Part shown: piece after piece, positions 23,811 to 36,100 of the stretch | Layout: each line of letters begins with the position of its first letter | Position numbering within the stretch: position 1 is the first letter of the stretch | Source of the DNA: Chrysemys picta bellii | Taxonomy: Eukaryota | Direction of reading: 5' to 3' | Assembly: GCF_011386835.1 (NCBI RefSeq) | Contig: NC_088807.1 | Span: forward strand, 23,498,001 to 23,562,000 | Length of the DNA stretch: 64,000 bases | Translations under genes and position numbers: made by a program | Notes under the pieces: generated by a model | Database searches by the model: none | Seen by the model: the letters and a program-made list of their open reading frames with translations, nothing else | Told to the model about the DNA's origin: nothing

Positions 23811-24842
23811 CTAGCCAGATGTCCCACTGCGCAGTGGGGAGAGATCGGCGTTGATCCCGATCCACTGGGGCAGGAAGGCGGCTGCAGGTTTGAAGATCTT
23901 GAGGAAGGGGGAGTCGGGGAGGGTGTAGTTGGCCAAGTAGATGGTCTCCCCCCCAGCCAGGTAACCGGCCCAGATGCCGAAGGTCCCGATGGTCATGATT
24001 GTGTGGTTGCAATGGACCAAGAGAGCAAAGTCCCTCCCCGGCGACGACTCTTTCCCGTCCCCTGAGAAATACACATCCCCCCGCGAGGCGTTGATGTTCT
24101 CCCGGCACCACTCCATCCCGTTGCTGGTCACCACGAAGACCGGCTCCTGGTACTTGGCCCGGAAGTAGCCCATGGCCTTCTCCAGGTAGGCCTTGTCCGC
24201 CAGCACCCCCTTCCAGTGCTTGGCCATCTCCTGGATGTAATCCCCCCTCCGGACGTGGACGCCCACGTAGGTCACATTCCGGCGCTGCCCACGCAGCCCG
24301 GCCAGGTACTGGTTGGCCTCCTTCTTGACGTGGTCGTGGAAGGAGAATTCCTGGAGGATCTCCTGCCGGAGGTGGTGGTAGAAGGTCCAGGAGCAGGGGT
24401 AGCCCATCAGCCGGACGTATTTCCCCTCGATGTGCCCGTACTCCTCCGACATCCAGTCGTGGAGCTCATAGTCCTTCCATGGGACGCTCTGGACCATGTC
24501 GCCGGGGATCACGGGCAGGGTGATGCGGAAGAGCGGCGCCAGCTGCCAGTGCATCTCGGGGAGGATGTAGGCCTGGCGCCCGTTCATCTTGGCCAGGGCG
24601 TAGAGGGTGGCGTATTCCCCCATCTGGTTCCCCAGGCGCCCGGCGGAGTTCACGGTCCACATGCCCTGCTCCGTGGGGAGGGACGGGGACCCCTCCATTA
24701 CATTCATGGAGGGGAGCCTCTGCTTTGTGGAGGGGAACCGGCTGCTTACGTGGATGAGGAAGGAGAAGGTCATGATGGCCAGCAGGCAGACGGTCACCTT
24801 GAGGAGCGTCCGGAAGGGGACCCAGGAGCCCGGGGCAGTCAT
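23811..24842 (-). CDS. FUT2: galactoside alpha-1,2-fucosyltransferase, FUT2-like, copy 3 (intact, 343 aa)
   Basis: Single coding exon, gccATG start, N-terminal transmembrane anchor, GT11 motifs [63 protein letters not shown]; one-to-one orthology with FUT2 versus FUT1/SEC1 not established. Confidence 0.9.
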   Translation of the reverse strand: MTAPGSWVPFRTLLKVTVCLLAIMTFSFLIHVSSRFPSTKQRLPSMNVMEGSPSLPTEQGMWTVNSAGRLGNQMGEYATLYALAKMNGRQAYILPEMHWQLAPLFRITLPVIPGDMVQSVPWKDYELHDWMSEEYGHIEGKYVRLMGYPCSWTFYHHLRQEILQEFSFHDHVKKEANQYLAGLRGQRRNVTYVGVHVRRGDYIQEMAKHWKGVLADKAYLEKAMGYFRAKYQEPVFVVTSNGMEWCRENINASRGDVYFSGDGKESSPGRDFALLVHCNHTIMTIGTFGIWAGYLAGGETIYLANYTLPDSPFLKIFKPAAAFLPQWIGINADLSPLRSGTSG

Positions 24843-25390
24843 GGCTCCCAGCGATGATGAGGGAAGGAGATCCCAGCCTGGGGGAGGGGGGTGAATAGAA
24901 GGGAAAGTGTGTGTGGGGGAACAGGGGAGGGAGGAAAGGGGGGGGGGTGGATAGGCGGGTGGTTAGAGGAGAAGGGGGAGGGGCTCTTCCTGGCCCAGGT
25001 ACCTCTGTTCCCAAAAGGCCTCCGGCTGCCAGCAGAGCCCCGCCCCTGAGCTGCCCCGCCCCCACGCCAGCCGAGGGGCCGGTGACCCCAGCTCCAGCAG
25101 GACGCGTGTTGTTGGGGGGAGCAGAGCCACTGCTTGATCCCGGATCGGCCCCTTCAGCTACAACCCAGCCCAGGGGCAGGCGAGAACAGTCAGAGCAACA
25201 GTGTTTCCACCCCCACCCCCCCGCCAGCTCGGCTGGTGCCCCTCCAGCCTGATCAGCAGCCCCCCCTGCTGAGAGAGAACCCAGGTGTCCTGGCTCCCAG
25301 CCCCCTGCTCTAACCACTGGACCCCACTCCCCTCCCAGAGCCAGGGAGAGAACCCAGGAGTCCTGGTGCTCCCACGGGGTGGGACGGACG

Positions 25391-25768
25391 GGCCGAAGCA
25401 GGGAGCGGTGTCTTGACCTGGGGATGTTGTGGGGGAGTTTTCCATTGGTGCTGGGATCTCGGGGGGCGGGGGGGCTGGGGCCAGGTGACACCTTCGGCTG
25501 GAGTGGGAGGCTGAGGGAGGCAGCGGGAAGGGGTTTGAGTTTGGAGCCGGCTGAGGAAATGGGGGGAGGACCAGAACCGGGGTCTGGGCTCCCTACCCCC
25601 CAAGATGGACCTGACTGGGGGGGTCCTGTTGTCTGTACCCACAAGCTCTGGTTTGGACTGTGTTCCTGTCGGCTAATAAACCTTCTGTGTTACTGGCCGG
25701 CTGCAAGTCCCGGTGAATCGCAGGAAGTGAGGGGTGCGGGGCCCTGTCTCCCCCACAGTCTGGGACAC
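25391..25768 (+). mobile_element. degenerate solo LTR in the intron of FUT copy 3
   Basis: Shares ccccaagatggacctgactgggggggtcctgttgtctg...taataaaccttctgtg...gggaca with the other LTRs; absent from the copy 1 intron. Confidence 0.65.
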
Positions 25769-26339
25769 GGGGTATCAGACTGGGGGGGGCAGTGAGAGAT
25801 GTGGGGTTGGGGGAATAGACGGGTGGGTGGAGGGGATGGAAGGAGGGAAGGGGATGCCGGGATGGTAGAAATGGAGGGGAGGGGAGGAGGAAATGGGGGA
25901 GGGGACGCAGGGAGGGGGAAATGGAGGCAGAAGAGGAGGGAGGAAGTAGTCCCCAGCGGAGGAGTGCGGCGCAGGGTGGGAGGTTTCCGAGCCGACAGGC
26001 AGGACAGGAGCGAAGCCGGGTTGGGCCAGGCCGAGGGAGTCTGGGGTCCGAAGGGATCTGGGGGCCGAGCTGGGGTGACGCCCCCCTGCCCTCTCCCCGG
26101 GGCCTGCGGCCGAGGTCCCAGCCCTGGGTCTCTGGGCCCAGCTGCACCAGGCCTGTCGCCACCCCCGGACGGACGGTTTGGGGAAGTCGAGCCAGGCCAG
26201 TGTCAGCACCCCACGCCCCGGTCCCACAGCACTCAGAGCAGGGGGGGCTGGGAGCCAGGACTCCTGGGTTCTCACCCCGGCTCTGGCAATGAGGCGATTC
26301 CCCTTCAAAGCTGCCGGGCTCCAACCCTCCTCCCCCAGC

Positions 26340-26770
26340 TCTCGGGGCCCCGTCCCCATCCTCCCCCCGCCCCCGTCTCTGTTCCCCGGGTCAGGTCGCC
26401 CGCTGCCGTGCGAGCGAGCTGCTCTGCAGGGGTGACATCCTGCCACAGCTTCCTGAGCCAGCGCCCGGGCCGGAGCTCGACGTGAGGAAGTGTCACCGCC
26501 GGTAGGGGAGGCATTACTCACCCCATTCGCCCGGGGGGGTGTTTCTTGATGCTTTTCGCAGCCCCGCTCAGCGCAGACAGGGGGGCGTCCCGCGTCCCCA
26601 CAGGCTCCTGGCAGCTCCGGGCCCCCCGACATTCAGCCCCTGAGTCGCACACGTGGGAACGCCCGGCTGACGCGTTTCCTGTCTACAGCTGGCTTCCTCC
26701 ACCGGCTCCGGCGCGCCGGCTGCAGCCATTGGCCTCTCTCGGACGAGCGCAGCTGGGACGCGTCTGGCCG
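26340..26770 (-). promoter_or_regulatory. duplicate of the FUT upstream CpG block
   Basis: Near-identical to 5560-5960, donor GG|GTGAGT retained near 26520. Confidence 0.5.
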
Positions 26771-26801
26771 CAAAGGAGGGACCAGAAGATACATCAGGAT
26801 G

Positions 26802-26965
26802 GAATCATAGACTATCAGGGCTGGAAGGGACCTCAGGAGGTTCTAGTCCCACCCCCTGCTCAAAGCAGGACCAATCCCCAGACACATTTTGGCCCCAAAT
26901 CCCTAAGTGGCCCCCTCCAGGATTGAACTCACAACCCTGGGTTTAGCAGGCCAATGCTCAAACCA
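26802..26965 (-). mobile_element. CR1 LINE 3' end
   Basis: Reverse complement of the CR1 tail seen at 1290-1382 (GAATCATAG = CTATGATTC). Confidence 0.8.
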
Positions 26966-28239
26966 CTCTCTGGGCTCGCGCCGCTTCACGCGTGGGCTTC
27001 GGGCCCCAGGCCCAGAGCGCCAGACTCGCTAGCACAGCTGGCAGGGCTGGCCCCAGGGGGGCACTGGGCTGCAGGGACTGGGGCAGGGGGCCAGCAGGGG
27101 GCGCTGGGCTGTGGGGAGCGGGATGGGGGTCAGTACAGGGCGCTGGGCCGTTGGGGGAGCTGCAGGGGAGGGGCGGGGGCTCAGTGGGGGCGCTGGGCTG
27201 CGGGGAGTGGGGGGTTTGGCAGGGAGCGCTGGGCTGCGGGGGGGGCGGGGGGCTCAGCTGGGGGTGCTGGGCTGCGGGGGGGGCTCAGCTGGGGGGGGAG
27301 GGGTGGGGGGCGCTGGTCTACAGGGGGGAGAGGTGACAGGCCTCGGCGGGGGGGGGGGCAGCAGGGGGCGGGGCTATAGGGACCTGGGCGGGGGTCCTGA
27401 CCCGATGAATGGAGCTGCCTGGTTCTCAGTGCCCCCCCCCCCGTCTGACGCGGCTCCGGCTGCCCGCAGAGCCCCATGGCCGGGTGTCGGCCCCACCCCG
27501 GGGACCCGGCCCAGGACAGGACCCCGCAGCGCCGCGGGACCTGTGTCTGGGCGGGGCTGGCAGGGGCTGCAGGGCGGGGGTGAGGCGCACGGGGGGGGGG
27601 CAGGTCGGGAATGAGGCGCGGGGGGGAGGGCTGCAGGGCGGGGGTGAGGCGCACGGGGGGGGGGGGCAGGTCGGGAATGAGGCGCGGGGGGGAGGGCTGC
27701 AGGGCGGGGGGGAGGCGCACGGGGGGGCAGGGTGGGGGCGAGGCGCAGAGGGGGGTGGGGGGGTTGTAGGGCGGGGGGGGCTGCAGGGCCGGGGTGAGGC
27801 GCGGGGGGGGCGCAGAGGGGGGTCGGGGGGGCGCAGAGGGGGGTGGGGGGGCTGTAGGGCGGGGGCGAGGCGCAGAGGGGGGTGGGGGGGTTGTAGGGCC
27901 GGGGTGAGGCGCGGGGGGGGCTGCAGGGCCGGGGTGAGGCGCGGGGGGGGGCGCAGAGGGGGGTGGGGGGGGCGGCAGGGCGGGGGCGAGCCGCACCCTC
28001 CCAGGACCGTGTCGCTGGGCGTTGGGCTGCGGGTGGCGAGTCAATATTTGCTGAGATTGGCCGGGCGGTGGCCAGGGCGTGGTGCGGGGGGAGGGGCTCA
28101 CAGCAGCTTGGGGCCCCCCCAGCAGCTTCTCACCCCCCTCCCGCTCCTTCCCCCGCCGCCCAGCGCCCCTCACCTCGGATGCTCCTCGCCGCCCCGGCCC
28201 CTCCCCCCGCGCCGCCCCCCCCCCCACATGGTTTCCGAC

Positions 28240-28251
28240 ACTTTCACTTTC
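28240..28251 (-). promoter_or_regulatory. ISRE/IRF-type motif in the putative first exon of FLT3LG
   Basis: ACTTTCACTTTC reads GAAAGTGAAAGT on the minus strand; lies in a CpG island with an inverted CCAAT (GATTGG near 28055) and a GTGAGC donor at 28270. Confidence 0.5.
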
Positions 28252-28669
28252 GATCCCATCCGAGTAGCTGTGAGCGGCGGGTCAGTCCGGGGGGTTGGGG
28301 GCCGCGGCTGCGTTTTGGGGGGTCTGAGCCGGGCACCCCCGCACGATCCCCGGAGAGGTGAGGGGGGGCGGCACAGACCGAGGGGGGTGGGGAGGGGGAG
28401 CAGCCCCCCCAAGACACAGACAGCGGGGAGCGGAGGGGGAGCAGCCCCCCAGGACACAGACAGCGGGGGGGGGGAGCAGCCCCCAGGGCACGGACGGCGG
28501 GGGGGGCAGGGAGGGGGAGCGCCCCACTGCACAGACAACGGGGGGGGGCTCTGGTCTGGGTGATGCACGTGGTTCCCGTTACGGTAACTATTCTGGGTGC
28601 GACAGGGGTGGGGAGCTGGCTCCGATCCTGCGCCAATCGCTGGCCCTGTCCCCCCCCCCCCCCCAGCCC

Positions 28670-29320
28670 TGCCGGTGCCCCTCACTCCCGACCCGCAGCC
28701 CCCTGCCCGCCCAACTCTGCCCCCCCCAGCCCTGCCGGTGCCCCTCACTCCTAGGGGGACCAGATGTCCTGATTTTCTAGGGACAGTCCCAATTTTTGGG
28801 TCTTTTTCTTATAAAAGCTCCTATTTCCCCCCGCCCCGTCCTGATTTTTCACACTTGCTGTCTGCTCACCCTACTCACTCCCGACCCGCAGCCCCTGGCC
28901 AGTCCTGCCCCCCCTCCCAGCCCTGCCGGTGCCCCTCACTCCCGACCTGCAGCCCTGTCCCTCCCCCTGCTCTCCTGGTGCCCCTCACTCCCGACCCGCA
29001 GCCCCTCCTAGCCCAGTCCTGTCCCCCCCCAGCCCTGCCAGTGCCCCTCACTCCCGACCCGCAGCCCCTGCCAGCCCAGCCCTGCTCCCCCCAGCCCTGC
29101 CACTGCCCCTCACTCCCGACCCACAGCCCCTGCCAGCCCAGCCCTGCTCCCCCCAGCCCTGCCGGTGCCCCTCACTCCCGACCGCAGCTCGCTGCCAGCC
29201 CAGCCCTGAACCCCCCAGCTCTGCCGGTGCCCCTCACTCCCGACCCACAGCCCCTGCCAGCCCAGCCCTGCTCCCCCAGCCCTGCCGGTGCCCCTCACTC
29301 CCGACCGCAGCTCGCTGCCA
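28670..29320. repeat. about 50-bp minisatellite (gccggtgcccctcactcccgacccgcagcccc family)
   Basis: Tandem degenerate copies; same family at 45260-45420, 61880-62090 and 62850-63830. Confidence 0.8.
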
Positions 29321-29415
29321 GCCCAGGTCTCACACCTGCCCTTTCGTGGACCCCCTCAGCTCCCACACCGAGTGCCCCCCTCCAGCATGCCTGCCGCCCA
29401 CCCCCCAGTGAGGAG

Positions 29416-32400
29416 ATGAATTGGCGCCATGCGCCCCCCGACGCCCCACCCCCACCCGGAGCCTCCGTGGTGAGTGGGGGGAAGGGGGGGTCTGGGTTGA
29501 GGTAGATCAGGGTTGGTTTGGTTGAGGGGAGTTGGGGTTAGCCAGGGGCTGCGGGGAGATCTTGGCTGGCAGGGAACAGCCTTGGGGGGAGGCTGGGGGC
29601 ATGGGCTGCAGGGGGGACTTGGGGGGGATTGGGGCTGCTTGGGGGGGCGTTGGGGAATGCCGGGGGGGCTGGCTGGGAGGGATCTGAGGTTGCGGGGAAG
29701 GGCCTGGGGGGGATGGGCTGACTCGGGGAGAGGGGAGGGGGTGATGGGGCTGGGCTGGCTGGGGGGGTGGGGGGAGCTGGGCTGGCTGGGGGGGGGTTGG
29801 GGAATGACGGGGGGGCTGGCTGGGAGGGATCTGAGCTTGCAGGGAAGGGCCTGGGGGGGATGGGCTGGCTAGGGGGGTGGGGGGGGGATGGGCTGGCTGG
29901 GGGGGGTTGGGGAATGCCGGGGGGGGGGGCGCTGCCTGGGAGGGATCTGAACTTGCAGGGAAGGGCCTGGGGGAGTCCTTGACTCACATCTGCCCCCCCC
30001 CAGGTCCCCCTCTTACTGCTGCTGGTCCTGGTCCCCCCGGGCCGCGGCTGCGTCTTCTCGTTCCATCCACTGAGCACGACGTTCTCCATGGCCATCGACG
30101 AGCTGGTGAGCGATGCCCCCGTTGGGCCCCCAGGAGCCCCCCATCACCCCCCCAAGCACAGCCCCGCCCCCAACTCACCCCCCCTTCTTCTCTCCTTCAG
30201 ACCCAACATCTGCTCCACGATTATCCCGTCTCGATGCCGTCAAACCTGGAACCGGTAAGAGAAAGGGGGGTCCCCCCGATATCCAGAGCCCCCTCCCCCA
30301 TCAGCCAAGACTCCTCCCCCCATAGTCCCTCTAACGCCCCCCCCCCCCCCCACGTTTCTCCCCAGGACGCCTGGTGTGCCGAGCTGTGGCGGATCCATTT
30401 CCTGGCGGCGGAGCTGGGGCACATGGGGGGCGTCGCGGGCACGGCCCTGCAGCCCTTCGTGGCAAATGTGACCAAGCAGGTCCAATTCGTCAAGGAATGC
30501 GCCATCACCGTAAGCGCCAGCGGGGGGGGGTATGGGAGGGGTCATGTCCCCTCTAGGGGGCGCCGGCTCCCATCCACCCTCAGGGCGGGGACTGGCTGGC
30601 TCAGGGGGGCGGGGAATGGGGCCCGGGGCCTGTCCCCTCTAGGTGTGTGGTGGTGGTGGGGGTCGGGCTCCAGGGACTCCTCCCCCCCAGTGCAATGACA
30701 CCTGCCCCCCCACCTCTGCCCCCCAGGACGCCGTGGGCTGCGTGGGGCGGGAACGCACCAACGTGTCGCGGATGCTGAGCGCCCTGAACGGCCACCTGGT
30801 GGCACTGAGTAGCAAAATGCTGCGTCAGGCGGGGCCGGTCAACTTCACTAACTGCACCTCTGTCCGCTGCCAGCCAGGTACCCCCCTGAGACCCCCCCGG
30901 TCCTCGCGACCCCTGTCCGCTGCCAGCCAGGTACCCCCCCTGAGACCCCCCCCCCGGTCCTCGCGACCCCCGTCCGCTGCCAGCCAGGTACCCCCCTGAG
31001 ACTCCCCCCCCCGGTCCTCGCGACTCCCGTCCGCTGCCAGCCAGGTACCCCCCTGAGACCCCCCCCGGTCCTCGCGACCCCCGTCCGCTGCCAGCCAGGT
31101 ACCCCCCTGAGACCCCCCCCGGTCCTCGCGACCCCCGTCCGCTGCCAGCCAGGTACCCCCCTGAGACCCCCCCGGTCCTCGCGACCCCTGTCCGCTGCCA
31201 GCCAGGTACCCCCCTGAGACTCCCCCGGTCCTCGCGACCCCTGTCCGCTGCCAGCCAGGTACCCCCCTGAGACACCCCCGGTCCTCGCGACCCCCGTCCG
31301 CTGCCAGCCAGGTACCCCCCTGAGACCCCCCCGGTCCTCGTGACCCCTGTCCGCTGCCAGCCAGGTACCCCCGAGCCCTCCCTGAGGACCCCCCCCGGAC
31401 CTCCCGTCCGCTGCCACCCAGATACCCCCCCGAACCCCCTGAGACCCCCCCCCCGGTTCTCCCATCTGCTGCCAGCCAGGTACCCCCCGAACCCTCCTGA
31501 GACCCCCCCGGTCCTCCCGACCCCCATCCACTGCCAGCCAGGTACCCCCCCGAACCCCCTGAGATCCCCCCTGGTTCTCCCATCTGCTGCCAGCCAGGTA
31601 CCCCCCGAACCCTCCTGAGACCCCCCCGGTCCTCCCGACCCCCGTCCACTGCCAGCCAGGTACCCCCCCGAACCCCACCTGAGACCCCCCCCCCCCCCGA
31701 TCCTCCCGACCCCTGTCCGCTGCCAGCCAGGCACCCCTCCTGAGACTCCCCCGGTCCTTGAGACCCCTGTCCGCTGCCAGCCAGGTTACCCCCCCGAACT
31801 CCCCCTGAGACCCCCCCCGGTCCTCCCGACCCTCGTCTGCTGCCAGCCAGGTAGCCCCCGAGCCCTCCCTGAGGACCCCCCCGGACCTCCCGTCCGCTGC
31901 CAGCCAGATACCCCCCGAACCCCCTGAGACCCCCCGGTTCTCCCATCTGCTGCCAGCCAGGTACCCCCCGAACCCTCCTGAGACCCCCCCGGTCCTCCCG
32001 ACCCCCGTCCACTGCCAGCCAGGTACCCCCCCGAACCCCACCTGAGACCCCCCCCCGGTCCTCCCGACCCCTGTCCGCTGCCAGCCAGGTTACCCCCCCG
32101 AACTCCCCCTAAGACCCCCCTGGTCCTCCCGTCCACTGCCAGCCAGGTACCCCTCTGAGACCCCCCCGGTCCTCCCAACCCCCATCCGCTGCCAGCCAGG
32201 TACCCCCTGAGCCCTCCCTGAGGACCCCCCCCCCCCGGACCTCCCGTCCGCTGCCAGCCAGGTACCCCCCGAACCCTCCTGAGACCCCCCCTGGTCCTCC
32301 CGAGCCCCGAGCGCTGCCAGCCTGGTACCCCCCTGAGACCCCCCTGGTCGTCCCGTCCGCTGCCAGCCAGGTACCCCCTGAGTCCCCCCTGAGATCCCCC

Positions 32401-33118
32401 CCGGTCCTCCCGACCCCTGTCCATGGCCCGCTCCCCCAACCCCTCCTGCTCCCCTAGCCACTGCACCTGCAGTTGTTGCCAGCCAGGTACCCACTGGTGG
32501 CCCCTGGCTCCCCCGGCCCCACCAACCCTCTGGCATCCCCCCCACACCCCTATCAAGCCCCCCTACTGCACACACACACACCCCGGTTGGCCTCGCATCC
32601 ACTGCCATCCAGGTACAGCCCCCCTCCCCCCCCCCGGACCTATCTTCGCTGCCAATCTGGCACCTCCTCCAACCCCCCCTTCCCTCATCCCCTTCACTGC
32701 CCTCAACCTCCAATACCCCGCTCCATCCTGCCCCCCACACAGCCCCCCTTTCAGCGGGGAATCACCCCTCCCTTCTCTCCCCACATTCTCCGTGTCCCCC
32801 CAGCAGCCCCGGCTCTGCTGCCCGCGCCGCTCGGGCTCCCGCAGCCCGGCTTCTCCAGCCAGAAGCAGCCGGGGACCCAGGCATCCGGGGCCGGCTCCTT
32901 GCACCAGAACCACCTGCCGGTGCTGCTTCTTCTGGTGCCCATCCTGGGGTCTCTGGCCTTCGTGTGGCAGCGTCAGAGGAGGCTCCGTGGCCAGGTAGGG
33001 GGCGGAAGGGACGAGGCTCCTGGCGGGTGGGAGGGAGGGCAGATCCCGGGACTCCTGCAGCCGCTTCTTCCCTCTCTCCCCCCAGGGGACCCAGGAGTCC
33101 GAGCGGTCGGACACCTGA
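29416..33118 (+). CDS. FLT3LG: Fms-related tyrosine kinase 3 ligand, about 242 aa, 7 coding exons
   Basis: GT-AG exons 29416-29469, 30004-30105, 30201-30254, 30366-30509, 30727-30877, 32804-32994, 33086-33118 join in frame: signal peptide, HLLHDYPVSMPSNL, CAELWR, FVKEC, TNVSRML, NFTNCTSVRCQP, Pro-rich stalk, transmembrane segment; 54- and 144-bp exons recall the mammalian gene; first and last exons less certain. Confidence 0.88.
30860..32660 (+). repeat. tandem array of an exon end plus splice donor (about 53-60 bp, roughly 28 copies)
   Basis: Unit TGTCCGCTGCCAGCCAG|GTACCCCCCTGAGACCCCCCCGGTCCTC copies the last 17 nt of the exon ending at 30877 and its donor. Confidence 0.9.
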
Positions 33119-36100
33119 ACAAGCAGGGTGCAGGAGCGGATAGGAAAGAGATGGCTCAGGTATAAACCCCCCTCCCCCCAACACATGTGGGGTGTGGGCC
33201 CTTTTCCGGGGGACAGTCTCGGGAAGGGCAGTGGGGTCTAGTGGTCAGAGCAGGGGGGGCTGGGAGCCAGGACTCCTGGGTTCTCTCCCTGTCTCTGGGA
33301 GGAGAGTGGGGTCTAGTGGTTAGAGCGGGGGTGAGCCTGGAGCCAGGACTCCTGGGTTCCGTTTCTCTCTACTCTCTCCCCTTTTCCCCATCTCCTCCCA
33401 GGACCCCCGGAGTCACGGTCGGTCCCGCTGCTCTGGATTCTGCGATGCGGGCGGCCAGCACTGGTGCAGGCCGGGGCCGCCGGAGCCGGACGCTGCTTTT
33501 CACACGCCACTGCCACCAGCCAAGCAGAGGGTGGAATCGGCCGCGCCTCTCAACGGACTGCAGAGCTGAGCCCGGAGGCCGGCTCCCCACAGGCCGCGGG
33601 GCCGGCATCTGCCCCCAGGAGGCGCTGTGCAGCGCCAACCCAGCCCCACGGCCCCCGCTGTCTGGACCTTGTATCTGCAGCACCGGGGAAGCCGGAGATG
33701 GATTTTTCCTTTGTATTAAGCCGTGTTTCGTCGAGCCGCCTCCAGGGCTGGAGCGGGGACCGGGGTCTGCGGGGACAGATGGCCCACCAGGAATAGGCGA
33801 AAGACCTCCCCCCCCCCACAACAGGCCCCGAAATGTCACTGGAAACCAATGGATTTGCCTTTGTGCCAAGATGCAGCTCCTCTGGGGTGGAGCGTGGGGG
33901 GCTGGTTATACAAGGACCCTTTGCCCGGGTGGGACCCGGATGCCTGAGTTCCCGCCCTGACGCCAGGGGAGGAGCACTGTGGCCAAGTGGGAATTATTCA
34001 TAATATTTTGTATGAATATTGTGTCTGCCTCAGTTTCCCCATGTGCTGCGTGGTTGAGTGGGAGGCACAGACCCAGGTGTGACCTATGAGCCCCCCCCAT
34101 GCCCAGGGAGGGGCCCAGAAGACAATGGCCCTGCCCACTGCCGCTGCGCCCAGACCCCCCAACAACCCCCTTGTGCTCCCCCCACTGGCCAAGTCACTCC
34201 CGAGCCTGGAGCTGGGAGGCCTGGTTCCCTCGGGGGGGGGGGGTCTGCCTGCCTCCAGGGCCCATCCTGGGGCATTCACTGCGGGGGGCACCCAGCCTGA
34301 CCCAGGGGAGGGGGCTGCAGGCAAGGGTGGGTCCTAGGGGGCAGGAAGCCAAGGGGCTCACCCCACTGAGAAAGCGACCCCGAGGGGGCTGCAGGGACCC
34401 CCCTGGGGCTGGGCCAGGCCCGGGGAGAGCACCGGGCCTGTGGGTCCCCCAGACAGCCCCTCTGGGATTATACAGGGATCCGGCACTGGGGCAAGTCCCA
34501 TCAAGTGGGGTTGGGGGCTGTTTGCCATCCTTTGGCGTCTGCTGCCCCCTGGTGGCGGATGTGGCTAGTGCACCTCTGAGCCAGGCTAGGGGTCCTATGG
34601 GGGGTCCCCCCCCCGTACCCTGGGTCTGATCATTGGAGCTGGGTTTATGGGTCTGGGTGTTCTCAGGCCCCCAAATGACACCCCACAATCAGGGGGGCTC
34701 CCCTGCCCCCTGAAATTTCTCCTGGCTGATTTCATACTGTCCCACTTTGGGCGGGGGGGGGGGGGGGGAGCTAGGACTCCTGGGTTCTCTACCTGGTCCT
34801 GGGAGGGGAGCGGAGTCTAGTGGTTACAGCCAGCAAAACACTGCCTCCCAAATCCTCATCCCCCCCCATCCCATGACTGACCCCCCCCTTCCCTGCGGCC
34901 ACCTCCCCATCACCCCGCCCCTCCCCCCCTAATCCTGTTACCCCCCCATCCTCCCAAGTCGGTTGATTAAACCCAGGAGTGGGGGGGGCACCGTCTGGCT
35001 CTCCCAGCCCCCCCTTCATTCCCTCCCTTTAATCCCCCCCGCTCCGAGTTCTTCCCTGGACGCTTGACGTCGCTGGCTGACGGGGGCCACTAAGCCGCTG
35101 GGGGGGGGGGCAGAGGGGGAGCCATACACCCCCCCCCCGGCCTCTGCTGGCACCAGTTCCCCCAGCGCCTCCGGACCAGACGGGCGCCAGCCCCAGGTAA
35201 GGCCTGTCCAGGGGGCTGGAGGGATAGCCGGAGGGGGGGAGGGAGGGGTGCGTTGGGGGGTAGTAGGGTGCATCCTGCCCAAACCCACACATGGCTCTAT
35301 AGGGGGCGCTGCTAGGCCCCTTCCCTTCCAGCAGAGTGTCTCTGTGGGCCCAGAGCCAGGATGCCTGGGTTCTCTCCCCAGCTCTGGGAAGGGAGTGGGG
35401 TCTAGTGGTTAGAGCAGGGGGGTGGGCTGGGTGTCAGGACTCCTGGGTTCTCTCCCTGGCTCTGGGTAGGGAAGAGGGGTCTAGTGGTTAGAACAGAGTT
35501 GGGGGCGGGGGGCGCTGGGAGCCAGGACTCCTGGGTTCTGTCCAGCAGGGGGCAGCCATGCCCGCAAGGCGAACTTCTACATCTGGGGTGTTCCCCTTTA
35601 GGGGGCGCCGACTCCCACCCAGCCCCAGCATAGTCCCACTCTGAGAAGATCTATTTTTATTTCTTGTGTCCATGGTCTCCTGCCCCTGGGGTCGGAAATG
35701 CCCCCGCCCGGTCACCCTCCCGGGGGGGGGGATTATGTTCCTGCTGCCTCCTCTCCCGTTATTTTATTGTGAAGATGATTTAATGCCGCGCGAAAAGAAA
35801 TTGAAAAATCCTCTACGGTAATATGGATTAACGGGGGGGGGGGGGGGGGGGGGAACCCAGCTGCTGTCCAGGCCAGATGGAAACTTAACGCTCGGAGGGA
35901 AAAGTTGTGCACAAAATAACCCCAGGAATTCCTGCGGGGACCCTGAGAGTCCCCGGACTCCTGGGTTCTCTCCCCGGCTCCGTGGGGGGAGCCCGGACAC
36001 CTGGGTTCTATCCTTGGCTCTATCCTAGACTCCCTGTATCTCTCTGGGACTCAGTTTCCCCATCTCTATAATGGGCAAAATAACCTCGGTCGCAGTGGGG

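Noticed and set aside
27100-28000. Pro/Gly-rich ORFs of 300-400 aa and similar ORFs elsewhere in the track
   Set aside because: Low-complexity G/C tracts are depleted of stop codons; no splice or homology support
35350-35540. tRNA genes in the A-box/B-box repeats
   Set aside because: No cloverleaf or anticodon arm and degenerate B boxes; better explained as SINE heads
35783-35812. Upstream coding exon MPREKKLKNPL for the transporter
   Set aside because: It ends in phase 2, which does not join in frame to the acceptors before 36690 or 36736; unresolved without cDNA
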